Origin: Amphiscolops sp. MND2022 | Lineage: Eukaryota | Assembly (NCBI GenBank): GCA_964187785.1 | Contig: OZ076410.1 | Span: forward strand, 91,326,001 to 91,390,000 | Direction of reading: 5' to 3' | DNA: 64,000 nt | Part shown: positions 43,980-56,230 of the stretch, one piece after another | Layout of the letters: each line of letters opens with the position of its first letter | Numbering within the stretch: position 1 is the stretch's first letter | Translations under genes and position numbers: made by a program | Notes under the pieces: generated by a model | What the model was told of the DNA's origin: nothing | Databases searched by the model: none | What the model saw: only the letters and a program-made list of their open reading frames with translations

Positions 43980-46900
43980 TGAAAAACTCCGTGTTCGACA
44001 ATACATAATATCAGAACCTTCAAACGTCTATTACATCGAATGTTATACCTCTATTAAAGAAACATCATCAGCTGACTGGCAGAAGCAGATGAAGACTCCT
44101 CCTACCTCCCACACCACTTTGGACCCTATGTCCAACAGACTACAACACGATACTACTACTACACGGCTTATACCTCTCATTGACTATAACCCATAATACT
44201 CTGATCCTGACTATGGTTTTGACCCCTATTGGGACGCAAATTGCTACAATCAACATCATCTATACTTCTACCATACTTTTACCAAACCAAGCCACAACAT
44301 AGAACTAGATTCCTATGACATTGACCAAGCCTTGAATGTGGTCCTTGCGAACACCCGAGTTGACCCATGACAAAATGAAACACCACCAAGATGTCAAATG
44401 ACTCACACTGAGCCTGACAATGAATTTCACCGTGTGGGACCACAGGTCTCTGGCTACAGCAGTTGCCGCGCGTTTGTGAACACTCTAATCACGAGAACTG
44501 GTGAACCAGACTATGTACCGCTGACAACCAATCTTGGCCTCAAATACAAACGACTAATGCTCTATTTTCCGATGGATTTTGGCGAACTAACATTAGACGG
44601 CCTTGTAGACACGGGAGCTCTATCTAGCGCAATCCCAGAAGCTGATCTACGTAAAATCGGCGTACTAGCCCCTCAGTCTATTGTCAAAGAGGGCCCGGCT
44701 CCCAACTTCCAAATTATGGTTGCTAATGGGAAGCTGGAGACTCCAAAGAGCACAGTCGAGCTGAAGTTTGAAGTAGGCGACATAGAATTCCACAAGATAT
44801 TCATTGTTATGGAAAAACTCACTAGCCCATTGATTGGTTTTTCGTTCCTTCAAAGGAATAACACCATCCTGGACATGAGACAAGGTGTCCTGAGTTTCCC
44901 TTTCTTTTCGATGCAATTGAAAACTGCCGACCACAAGTACACTAACGTCATGGAACCCATCTGCATTAGAGAGGATGTAACCATCCCACCTAATGACCGA
45001 CACTCGGTCCAGCTGGCCTCACAACTGTACGAAGACACTACAGTTACTGGGAACCTTCAACCGAGCAACATGCTTACAGATGATGGCGACATTGCCTTCT
45101 GTGCTGCCCTAGTCACCCTGACCAATGGTCAGGTATCGGTTCATCTGAATAATTTCACTGACAGTCCGTTCACCCTCAAAAGGGGCACACAAGTAGCCAC
45201 TTTCACTGTTCTGACACCTGAACAGATGAAGTATGTTAAACCTATAGACCCGTGACCACATGGCACCTACTGCAGGCTAACCCTGAGAATGCTGCCCACT
45301 ATGCGAGCAGCTTGATCAAATCTACAAAACCTGAGGACTTCAAAGAGAACTACTGGTTTCCCACACCATAAGACCCTGGGGACCCTCAACACCACACACC
45401 AATCCAGAAAAGGATCTTGTCCGAGCTCATCAACCTTCAGGAACTAGAGCAACTAAGCCTATGGATCCATGACCTTTAGTCCAGCCCAACTGAAAATGTC
45501 CATCTATGCCAAGGAATTCCTGGCAATTTTCTTTGCCTTCAAAGAGTTTGGACATATCTTTTGGGGAACCCCAAAACCCGTGATTATACTCACTGAAAAC
45601 AAATCCGTCACACAATTTTTTCAGACGAAAATCATTGCGCCAACACTATGTAACGCATGTGACTATGTCATTCAGTTCAATTTCACAATTGCCCATATTC
45701 CTGGCAAAAACAACATTGCCGCTGACTGCTTGTCCCGCCTCGAAATCTCTCTAAAAGAGAAACTGATCCTTAGAATTAGAGAAGATATTCCAACGACGCC
45801 GATCGAACTACACATCCAATCAGCAGGAGTGTCCGAAGAGGAACAAACTTTACAACGTAAAAAGGCAACTAGAGACCATCCAGCAAATCAATTACCTGAT
45901 ATTTCATTCGAAACAGTTACCACACACAAAAGTGATTATCACAAATTTTCAACATTTCAAAAATTATCCTACGCGAACTCTATAGCAGTAGAACAAAACA
46001 ACGACGTCATTCTGCGAAAATTACGCCTAAAAATACTGAAGGAAAGCTACGCAGAGACTATCTTACTGCAAGATCACCGCTACCAACATTACTGTCGCCA
46101 AATGGACCGACTGTCCGTTATGGATGAAATTATTACCAGACAGTATTTTGACGAAACAGGAGCTGTCAAATACAATCAAGTGCTTTTACCTAAACATTTG
46201 GTCTAAGAACTACTTGAGTCTCTACACGGCAAAGCCAATAAATACCCCGGAATATCCAAGATGCTCATAGAAATTCGCCAAAAATATTATTATTCTGGCA
46301 TTGCAAAATTTGTTGAAAAATGGGTACTGGGCTGCGAAAATTGCAATAAAGATAAAAGAATTCCAAACCCATCGATAACGCCTGATTTGCTAAATTTACC
46401 CGAATGGGACTTAGGCCCAGAAGACGCAATGCAAATAGACTTATTACCGAAACTACCCCCAAGTGGTGGCTACGAAAACATCATAACCGCAATGAACGTG
46501 TTTTCAAGATATCTTTTTGCATATCCGGTTACCGACGCTTCGGCCAACAACACGGCTAAAGTTATTATAAACATAATAACCAAACATACTTATTTGCCTA
46601 CTACCCTGATAACGGACAAGGGGACGGCCTTTACGTCCAATTTAGTCGCCGAAAAAGCTCAAATTTTGGGAATTCAAATGAAATGAGCAACTACAAAACA
46701 TCCGAAAACAATTGGCAAATTAGAACGTACTCATGCTAGTCTTAAAACAAATCTCAAGATGGCCTCAGGAGATTACAAGCGACAGTGGCACGAATATTTG
46801 CCGTTAGCCGTATTGATCCACAATACGACTTATTACGCCACCCTGGGATGTGAACCATCCAGCATTTTTCACGGACGAACTTCATATAATATTTTGGATC

Positions 46901-47719
46901 ACAAATTGGGCCTTAATCCTAACCCGAAGGTCCTACCGACTACAGATTTTGCCGATGAATTTCAGCGCCGCACACAGATATTACTAGACTCCACAAAGAA
47001 AAACATCATGCAATCCTATTTAAAGTACAAGGAATATTACGACCGAAAGGCCAAAGCAGCTCCTTTGAAACAGAACGATTATTGTTTTATGCTACAACCT
47101 ATCGCTGACCACCAAGGATCGAAAACTCCGTTCCGTGAATACAGATCGACGGGACCCTATCTTGTAGAAAAAGTCTTACCAAACGAAAATTACATAGTCC
47201 GAAAACTGAATTCTAACAAAACGCAAAATCTTCATCGTATTAGACTTCGTAAATATGAAACAAACGCTGTCCCACAAGATGTCAGACCGGAAGGCAATTT
47301 GCAACCGGATGATGAAATAATTATTCCACAGGACGACCTCTATGTTCTCACTTGGGAAACCAATTCTGGAGAATTTCCCAATTCCACTGAAAAAAACACA
47401 ATCCCTAGACGCCCAAGACGCTTTTAATGATTACGTCAATGAAGCAACAACGCCGGATGAAATTTTCACCGACGTGGACTTTAGGTCCGCCGGGCCACAC
47501 GAAAATGATGACTTTGTCCCGCTTGAAAAAACCCCACCAGAACGCATGAATGATAAGTTTGACGATCAACAATCGCCAGGAGGGGGCGATACTATCGTGC
47601 CCGAAGTATTGGATGATGAAAAAGAGGATATGGTTGTAGAAAATGAAAGTCCTAGGGGAAGAAAATATAAAATTCGTCCTAACCCTACCCCCACCCTCAC
47701 TGATGAATACAGATACTAG
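43955..47719 (+). pseudogene. Gypsy pol: protease, dUTPase-like fold, (RT deleted at about 45455), RNase H, integrase
   Basis: GLVDTGA protease; SIYAKEFLAI RNase H; H...H...CENC zinc domain; QIDLLP and TDKGTAF integrase core. No YxDD motif between PR and RH. Several stops and frameshifts. Confidence 0.9.
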
Positions 47720-47883
47720 ACAGATATGTAAATTACTGCTCCTCTTCAAATAAATACTATAGCAGGGACTAGAATCACTAGGAGACAATAAGTATGATGT
47801 GAATAACGGGTATAAATAAATGCAACAAAAATATACACAAAAGGAAGTCTAATAAACAAATATACACAAAGTACAATTATGAC

Positions 47884-50800
47884 TCAGCAGATCGAGGTAC
47901 CAGGTTTGGTCATCGGAGCCTCTTCGGTCTCAGGATCGTCAAGCTGGGATGTGGATTTGCTACGGGATATGCGGACTACTTTTGGCGACTTGTTAGGACT
48001 TGCCCGACTAGACTCTGCCCCTGTGGTTGCGCGTCGACAGACATTAAAACTCTCTCTAATTTGTTGGCGTCCAAAATGATCATTGTAGTCCCAAGGACTG
48101 TACGTGCTCTCGAGTCCTGTGGTTCTAAAGGACCGTTCAAGAGAGAGGAAGCTGGCTATGGAAGAATCTGAGGTCAAAATATCCAGCCCGCGAAGTCCAT
48201 GACCAAGGAACGACTGAATAGGAGCCACAACGTCAAACATACTGCAGGTTGGTTCGTCTGTTCTCACTGAGCCAAATCTGACCCCGGGGAAGCTGAATCT
48301 GGGCTCGTCAAGACAGAGGCAACTGAGCCGGAAGATCCTGTTTAGATGTCGCCCAGTCTTTAAGGCCTCTTGTTCGGAGAAGAAATCAACAGCATCGGCT
48401 ATCAACAGCTTGGGATGCTGCATATCGGGATGAAGGCGCCTCAGCTCATCAACAAAAGAAAGATATTCCTCAGCATACACAGTTTCCGCTGATGAATCAA
48501 CAACACCACGAAGTCTGAAGCTGGTAAACAGTTGTCTGAAGCAGTAAGAGGCCTGTTCCAAAAGGTCTACCAGTAGAATCTCTAGATCAAAAGAGACGAG
48601 ACCCTTTACTATGTCATACGTGAATCGGCTGAGTTTTTGTGTAGCTCCAAGCAGATAGGCGACGTACCCTCGGGCTGAACAGCCAAATTCCGCCATATTG
48701 TTTGCAGTTACTTCTTCAAGGCTGAGGCCCTGGTTTTTGTCGTCATCAAGCTCCTTCTCAGCCTTTTGCTTGCAACCGACCTCGAGTCTAGTCTTTAGCT
48801 TGGACCTAGTGATGAAGTCTTCAATAACCAGAGCCTTGGCTTCTGAAAAGGAACACTTAAGTATCCCTTGGTAATCGTGTTCAGCGGTGCGGCTACTGGG
48901 CCGAATACATCTGCGGGCGAGTTTGTATAAGAATTGACACAATTCCTTGTGCAAGTGGAATCCTCTATCGCGACAAGACTTGAGGTTAAGAGTAAAACTG
49001 TTGGTATCTTGAAAGAAAAGTTAATGAAAATGGGAAATCAACGGAAAACTAGTTATAAGACCATCTACTCACAGTCCTGTACTAGACGATAGAATAACTC
49101 GAGACGACTGGGAAAGAGACTATCGTATACGATTGACCAATCTAGATTCTGTGCCTACAACAATCAAAACTTGAACCGGTAAGGACCTACGGTCTCAATG
49201 GCCAGAAGTGAAATAAGATGGATACCTGCTTACGGACTCCTTGCATCTCTTGGAATGGAGCAGTCTTGCTAAGTTACGTGTGTACCTTGTTCCAATTGTC
49301 GAGAAGTTCGCGGCACAATGCAGGTAGTCCACTATCATCCAATTGACAAGTGCGTATGGCCTAGTAAAACAAAAGGAATCAATGTATCGACCGCAGTTTA
49401 TACCAAAGGTCCAAAACGACTGAAGTAGGTGAACACAAAATAAAAGGAACCTTTGAGAGTTCAGGGGAAAGCAACACCCATCCCAGCTCCAGACTGCCTC
49501 CGAGTTTCACAACTAAAAAGCGCAGTGTTGAGAAAAAATCAACTCGTCCAAAAACTCCAAAAACGTCCAAAAACTCGAAAGAGTCAGTTCTTCGAAGCGG
49601 GGAGGGCTCTGCACACTGAAGGAGCTGTAGGGGCTGTGGTCTAAAAGTTGGACTGTGCGGGCGCTACAACTAATCATTTTGGGTTTAGTTGAGATAGCCC
49701 TCATTTTGAAGGAGATTAAACAGATCTCAGCGTCACTCTGGCCCTGCAGTCTCCCGGTCCGTTTGACAAATACTCGGGACAACTCGTCTCCTCTCCTATA
49801 CCGCACGAAGACCAGCAGAAAGACTCCATCAACTGCGAACTCAAGGGAGTATTCACCATTGGCATTGACGGAAGTGGCAATATCAGTCATGACTTCTTGC
49901 AACTAATGGTGAAACAACACCTAAAGAGAAAATGAAAGCTGTCAAACAAGGACTGGAAGTTCTATACTAAACCCTAGTGCGACAGAATGAGTATCAAAGG
50001 ATACTTACAATCAACCTTTCTTTGCTCCAATCAAAGTCCGTGAATATTGCCTGATGATTGACGATGACCCCAACGTCGCTCCAAAATCGCTTCAGTACTT
50101 CAATGTCGCCATAGGTTGGGAGAAATCGTCCAAGCACGGAAAGCTGCACTCTAGCTCTATTATCGGATGACGAAGCCATATAGTCCATGCCGGAGAGATA
50201 TTCGTCGTAGAAGGGGAGCTTTGGACCAATCTCAACTAACTCGACATCAATGAATTTGGGGAGTTCTAGTTCCAGCTGGTATGGAGTCAGTACCTTACCG
50301 TCTTTTCCTCTGACTTGGTGGATACGAGTCTTGGTCACGGGGTCAGTCTTGTACAGGTGCTCGTATCTCCACCTCTGGTCTTGCCTAAGGTGTTTTTCTG
50401 TCGAGTGGTGACGCAAAATCTCTCTAGTTCCTTTCCCGTAAATAGAAATGTTAGCTTTACAAATTTGACAGTAAAATTTGTAACGATTCCATTTCGGGTC
50501 GACAGGTCCGGAGACGAAGGTTCTGGTCCACTCCATGCCTTTGAAGTAGGCCTCCTTCATGATTTTGCATGATCGAGTTACTTCTCTTCTGGTACCACGG
50601 GTAGTACTGGCCTGAGAGAAACAACCTCGCTTGTTACGTGACAGTTTGGAACAGTCTGCTATCGCCTCAGCTTTCAGAGAAGCCAAGGTTTGTTCACCAG
50701 GACTGCCTGCGATGAAAGGAGACTGGAAGGACGTTGGGTCGGTATGGCTACAACTAGGCCTGTTCGTCGCGGCCGTCGGAGCAGCTACCTCCTGGTGCTC

Positions 50801-52047
50801 GGGGCCCTCGAAAGAGTATCCAATGCTTGAAAATTCATCATCGCTCCGGAGGGCACCGCTAGTGTCACTGTATTGCTCGGAGCCTGAACTCCTGCGTTTG
50901 AATTTGCCAGCGCATGTGGATGTCAACGGGGATGATCGATTGCCGTCAAAGCCTAAGTTCAGCTTACTAGCCTGCTTTATGATCTCCTCAAGCATAGTCT
51001 GAGTGGACCTGGCAGTCTCTTCGGCCACAACTTTTAGGACAGTGCTTACTTGGTCCTCGGTGAAGGCGATTACGGGATGTCCCTTGGGGAAGAAAAATGG
51101 ATCGGCCTCAGCAAAATACTTCATTATCAATGCTCGTCCGCTGGTCTTCAAAGCAGTATTTCTGGGCGTTCCTTGAAGCCGAAAGGGTGTGAAAGCACTG
51201 TCATTGTCGCTCAACTCACGGCGGAGATCTCGAGCCCTGGGATCCAAGGCTTGAGCGAGGGTGGAGCCAGCAGGATCAGTAATGGCCTCAAAGTCAGATT
51301 CCAGCTCAATTGCAGAAGTACTGGGGCCTTCATCCAGACTCCTGGTATCATGGCCTTTAGCCGAATCAACTTCCTGTCCAGAAGGAGACTGTCGGATTAG
51401 GCACGAGGACGTCAGTCCAAACTTAGCGGGAAGTTGGATTCCAGAAGCAGAATAACTACCTGCTCTGGGTCTTTTCGTTGAGCTGCGTGATCGCTCACTT
51501 TCAGTCTGACTTGCACTGAGTCCTGGTGGCCCGAAAAGGTACCACAGGAGCAGTGGCAGAGGGACCAGGAGTATCGGTTGATGAGTTCACGGCGGGTGTA
51601 ATGGTAATTGCATCGCTCACACTTGTTTTGGACCCAAGATTTTGTCTACTAGAAGGGCCAGGCTCACCAATCTTGCTTACTTCTTCCCCTTCTCTACGAT
51701 CAACCAATTTGCGCGCAAGGTACGATTGGAAACTTTTTCCCGAGCGTCTGTTATCGGTCCCAAGGAGCCTCAATAGTGAAAGTGAATAGTCAGGTGACTG
51801 GGGCCTTTGGGACATTGGGTCCGGCTCGGTGACGGAAGCTGCCGGGGCTTTCTACCTGGATCTACTACGATCTACTACGAAAGTTCTTCCCACACTTCAA
51901 TGGAGTTAGTAACTCCAATGAAGTGTGGGAAGAACTTTCGTCAATAATCTCAATGGCAGAGGGCAGTAAACTTGGTAGCGCATCCTCTCCATCTAACTGC
52001 GCTGTGTAAGCACGGTCGGTACCACTTTCTTCTGTCCCAGGAGGCAT
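47884..52047 (-). pseudogene. Antisense cargo gene, five exons (52047-50009, 49920-49451, 49360-49226, 49154-49073, 49007-47884), zinc finger plus hAT-transposase-like region; disrupted in this copy
   Basis: Phase-compatible GT-AG introns at 50008-49921, 49225-49155 and 49072-49008, plus a weaker one at 49450-49361. Zinc finger CQIC-x16-HH-x4-H; YSLEFAVDGVFLLVFVRY resembles the hAT FSLxLDE...FVRY block. Lesions: a 10-bp duplication at 51860-51880, three in-frame stops and two frameshifts. Confidence 0.75.
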
Positions 52048-53325
52048 AATTTCAGAAGTGGATTGGTTTACAGGTGGAATTTCGGTAAATTGTCAGTTTC
52101 AAGTGACGTTTGAGGTGGTTGGCCATTTGATTCTTTGCCTAAACGGATAGAAATAAATTTGCGCGGTTCACTTCATGCAAAGAAATCCATCTTGCCGCTT
52201 TTTCAAAACATTCCGGAAGTAAAGTTTGTTTCATTCAAAGTTTGATTGAAATTATTTCACGATGGAGGAAGTAAAACATAGTTTAGTTTGAACCCTGAAC
52301 AAGTTTAAACTAAACAAAATTAAAGAACCAACCTGAAATTGTTTCCATGACGGAAAAGCAGAATTTTCTCGCCCCAAGGTCACCAACAACACTGTCACAA
52401 TACCAATCTTCTCAGCGTTCCACAATGATTTTTATGAATGCAATGCACACTCTTGCGGCTGAAGGGACCCAGAGTCAGCAACGAGGTAAGATGGAGAGAT
52501 AGATTACTCCGGGAAAAGTACAATTGTCAATTCAAATAGTTAATCAAACTGTAGACGAGACACTGTGGGCAGACACAGATACTTAGATTACTTTGTACTA
52601 CCATCATTATTCATTACCAATTAGACTGGACATAAAATCGTTCTAATCACTAGAAATATGAAAGCCCAAGACAGTTAATTACGTTAAATAGTACTGGATG
52701 TCGTGGCCTAAAAGGTTAAACATTTAATTTGAAATTACCTACTACTATTTCATGCATTATTTATACTATTACATAACTACAATTTTTTTATCATGGATGG
52801 AACTTGCCAGTGAAGTTCATGCTTTATTTCATTTTGCCAAGTAGTTAGTTTCATAGATTAATTTTCGTTTTGATAAAATCGCCATTCTATTCATCTTATC
52901 AATTCTCATCTTTCATTTATCATCATCATCCTATTGGTCAAATTAGTTGATGTAGCCGTGTGGACTGAAGGTCTTTGATGGTATTACTATTTACCGACAA
53001 TGAGTGACGATAAACACTCTTAGCAGTGGTTAACACCTTTTCAATTGTTAAACAAATAGACCAAGAGAGACTTGAGGGGCTATTAACTTAGTCTAACGTT
53101 CATCAACAAAACTGCGGAATGAAAAACGTTACTAAAATGGAAATTTCACGGAAGATACGACTAAACTTCTGAAGAAGGTCTCCCGCCTATATTTTCCCGC
53201 GAAATGGGGAAAGACCGAAAGTCGGACGGGCGAGAAGGGATAATTCTGCCAAATTTGAATGCGAAAATCAGTTCCTTAATCTTCTCTTCAAAATAGCTGA
53301 GAAACTCCTACTAGAACGATATACA

Positions 53326-54096
53326 ATGGAGATGAATCTACAATTTTCAATCGACGATCTCGTTAACCCTCCAGCTAGCCCTAGCTACTTTTCGTCAGGA
53401 GAAGAAATGGATATAGATATACAATCCGTAGAAGCAACAGTCAGTACGTCGGACGATAGGGACATTGAGGTGATTGCGTGTTATCGCCAATTGCCAGTGC
53501 AAACACAACCAATAGTTGGTGGACGGAAAATGACAACGGACCTTTCGGGCTGCTCAGATAGCGCTTTCCCTGACTTCCCTTGGGACGATTTTGAGAGTCT
53601 GCTGTTGTCACCCGACGAACAAGTAGACCCATTGGTCGTGGGGGCGGGTCCAAGTAGGACCCAAAGGACCGGGAGTCCTGTGATTAGTCAATGTGGACAA
53701 CTGAAGCCGCAGATTGACACCCCCCTGTCGCCACCAGCACACGAGCGAGGACCCTACGTTGGCCCTTCTTTCACGGAACAACAACAACAGACCATTCATC
53801 CTCTTCCTTCAAATTCCCATGTTCAAGGCATTAGTGAAAGAATGGCTGCTTTTTGTGGACAGACCAATTCAGCGCAATATGGGGACTGTATTGTCTGTGG
53901 ACGAAGTTATGAACATATAAAAGAGACGGCAGTACTGGGCTATCTAGAGGCTACGACTTATCGTGGAGAACCGTATGGCGAGCAACTGCGAAGACGAGAG
54001 GCAAATCGTGCAGGAATGGACCAAGGGACAGTACTCTTTGTCCCTAGGGGAGTGTCGCAGGCTGCCGCCTGTGATGGTAACTACTATCAGATCTAG
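53326..54096 (+). CDS. Intact 256-aa accessory ORF of unknown function, overlapping the PPT and the first 44 nt of the 3' LTR
   Basis: ATG-to-TAG ORF with an acidic N-terminal half and a CIVC motif. No signal peptide or TM helix by eye. Confidence 0.65.
   Translation: MEMNLQFSIDDLVNPPASPSYFSSGEEMDIDIQSVEATVSTSDDRDIEVIACYRQLPVQTQPIVGGRKMTTDLSGCSDSAFPDFPWDDFESLLLSPDEQVDPLVVGAGPSRTQRTGSPVISQCGQLKPQIDTPLSPPAHERGPYVGPSFTEQQQQTIHPLPSNSHVQGISERMAAFCGQTNSAQYGDCIVCGRSYEHIKETAVLGYLEATTYRGEPYGEQLRRREANRAGMDQGTVLFVPRGVSQAAACDGNYYQI
54046..54052 (+). promoter_or_regulatory. Polypurine tract
   Basis: AGGGGAG directly precedes the TGTCGC start of the 3' LTR. Confidence 0.7.
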
Positions 54097-55554
54097 TGGA
54101 AGGAGATAACTCAAATCCGCCTCCAGGAGTTCTACCAATCTAAACTTATAGGACACTCAGTCCACAGAGCCACAACAAAACATTAATTTTATAACAATTT
54201 GTTATAATTATTGAAAAATCTGTGCCTGTTATATCAGGAAATTGAAGCAATATTCTCATTCGATGTAAATGTGCAGTAAACTAATGGAGACAATAAGTAC
54301 GTGTATACAACGCGGAAGGAAACGAGTTCAAATGAACTCATCATTTAATCAAATGTACACTCATCGTTGAACATATTGTCCAATCATATTGCAGTTAATT
54401 ACTGTAGCTCCGCGGACTGAATGTCTACCGCGGTGGAAATTGTACGTTACGCTGTCAGCGTAGTATTAGATTGAGGCCATACGGACTTAAGGTCCACTAC
54501 GGTTAATTATGTTGCTAGCGTGTATTTTCACATTTATTGAACATGAAAAGTTACAAATAATTACTAGTTACGAAAATGTAATGTTGCTACATAATATTTT
54601 GTCGGTTTAACAGACAGTAACCCTTTGATGTAATTACGTCACTATGACGCAATTCCAATGAAAGCTATTTTTAATATTTATGTCCATTATTAGTAACATG
54701 ACACGCAGGATTTTGTCCGTCACCCCTCCCAGACTATAAATAGGAGGGACTAACGGATCGAGGGAGCATTCATTCATCTGATAACCTGATTACCAGACAA
54801 CAATCTGCGTACTGCTAATTGACACCAGTTCATTTGTACCTTTAGTCTAATCAAACACTGTTGAAATACCTGTTCATTCGTTCAATTTAATATTGAATCA
54901 AAGTTTGATCTCCAATGCCTTCAACTAGAAAGCGAAAAGGCAAGGAAAGACGTTCTAGGCAGTTAGACATAATGTCTGATGTGGAAAATGTAGATCTAAT
55001 GTTAGGAAGTTATTCAAGAAATAATGGAGAAGAAGACCAAAGCGAAAATGAATTAAACTTAGACTCAGAGTCTAGCAGACCCCAGAGAAATTCCAATATG
55101 ACTGGAGAGGACTTAAGGTCACTACTTACCAATAGTAGAGAAAACAGTGAAATAACTATTGAAACAGCTAGGTTGATTAATGAGGAAATTTCTAGCCAAA
55201 TGGCTAGAAAACTTAATGAGATCAGAACTAGCTTGAATTCTCAGATTCAAGATGCAATTACAACTGCAATAACAAGTACAGTGCTTCCTTCTATACAAAA
55301 TACGTTAAATATGCAGGGGCGAACTAATTCCACCGTTGTGGACCGAGAGTCCAACGGGCTACATCTGGGCCCGGAAACGCCGAATTACACCGTAGAAGAC
55401 CAAAGATCCACTGGGCTACAATGGAACCCCGAAGCGGAAAATGGCCAGAAAACATGGAATAAGCGTCCCAAAACGTGTCTAATGCATGAAAACTGTAGAC
55501 AATTGTCTAGACAGAGTTCTGAAGACTCTAATTATAGCGAACAAAATCGCGACA
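54053..55554 (+). repeat. 3' LTR (1502 bp) with uninterrupted Gag-leader ORF (54915 onward, reading out to 55598)
   Basis: Starts TGTCGC, ends GCGACA, followed by TSD ATACA; TATAAAT at 54735-54741. Confidence 0.95.
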
Positions 55555-56130
55555 ATACACCTGAATTGGCCACAATAGTTCTACCAAAAGTTCTATAAAT
55601 TTTAGGAAGACGGAAATTTGTACCTGTTGGCCAACGGAACTGAAGCAAAATCGTTTCCCGCGTAACATACAATACCAGATGAGACACAAATGTCCCCTTT
55701 CTGTTTTTTTTCAACAATTCGAGACTTTTTTTGAGAAAAAAAAATTCCCGATCTAATTTTTTGGAGTTTTGCGACAGAGTGGATGTTGCAAAATCCCAAA
55801 GGGTTCCTTTCAGTTTTTTTTCGACATTGTGAGAGTTTTTCAAAAATTTTTTTCATAAAAGGGTCCCCAATTCACCGATACTTTGACATTTTGAATTGCT
55901 TTTGCTATTTTTGAGCTTTAGATGTGGCGCCAATTTGGGCCGGTCCGGGCTTGTTCATACTCGTCCTTACTATAGAGCGATCCATTCTCCGAAGTAATAG
56001 AATTCGAGTACAAGAATCGTCGTCCAAACAGTTTATCGAAAAAGTTTGCGGAACTAGATTTACACACGCGATAATTCCTGTCTCCAAAGGGACATATGCA
56101 GAGCATCGGCCTGCCAGTTTGCTTCTTCCC
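55555..56130 (-). repeat. 5' part of the dispersed repeat that was the Gypsy target
   Basis: Similar to the repeat at 560-769 and continues into 41255-41384. The right boundary is approximate. Confidence 0.55.
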
Positions 56131-56230
56131 CTTTTTTTGAAGGTCCAGCTAATGACGCAGAAAATGATTTATTGTGTATCGTCACGTGGAACAATGTAGG
56201 CGTAACGTTTGGAAAGATTTTGTTTCCATC

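Larger units (their letters stand above)
41385..55554 (+). mobile_element. 14.2-kb Ty3/Gypsy LTR retrotransposon with cargo genes; non-autonomous (RT deleted)
   Basis: Perfect 5-bp TSD ATACA (41380-41384 / 55555-55559); LTR termini TGTCGC...GCGACA; PBS, PPT, gag, PR, RH and IN in Gypsy order. Confidence 0.95.

Noticed and set aside
47884-52047. Ordinary nested hAT DNA transposon
   Set aside because: I found no TIRs or 8-bp TSD around the region and the catalytic Asp seems absent. This is not fully excluded without comparing other copies.
53326-54096. env gene
   Set aside because: No signal peptide, furin site or transmembrane anchor is visible.
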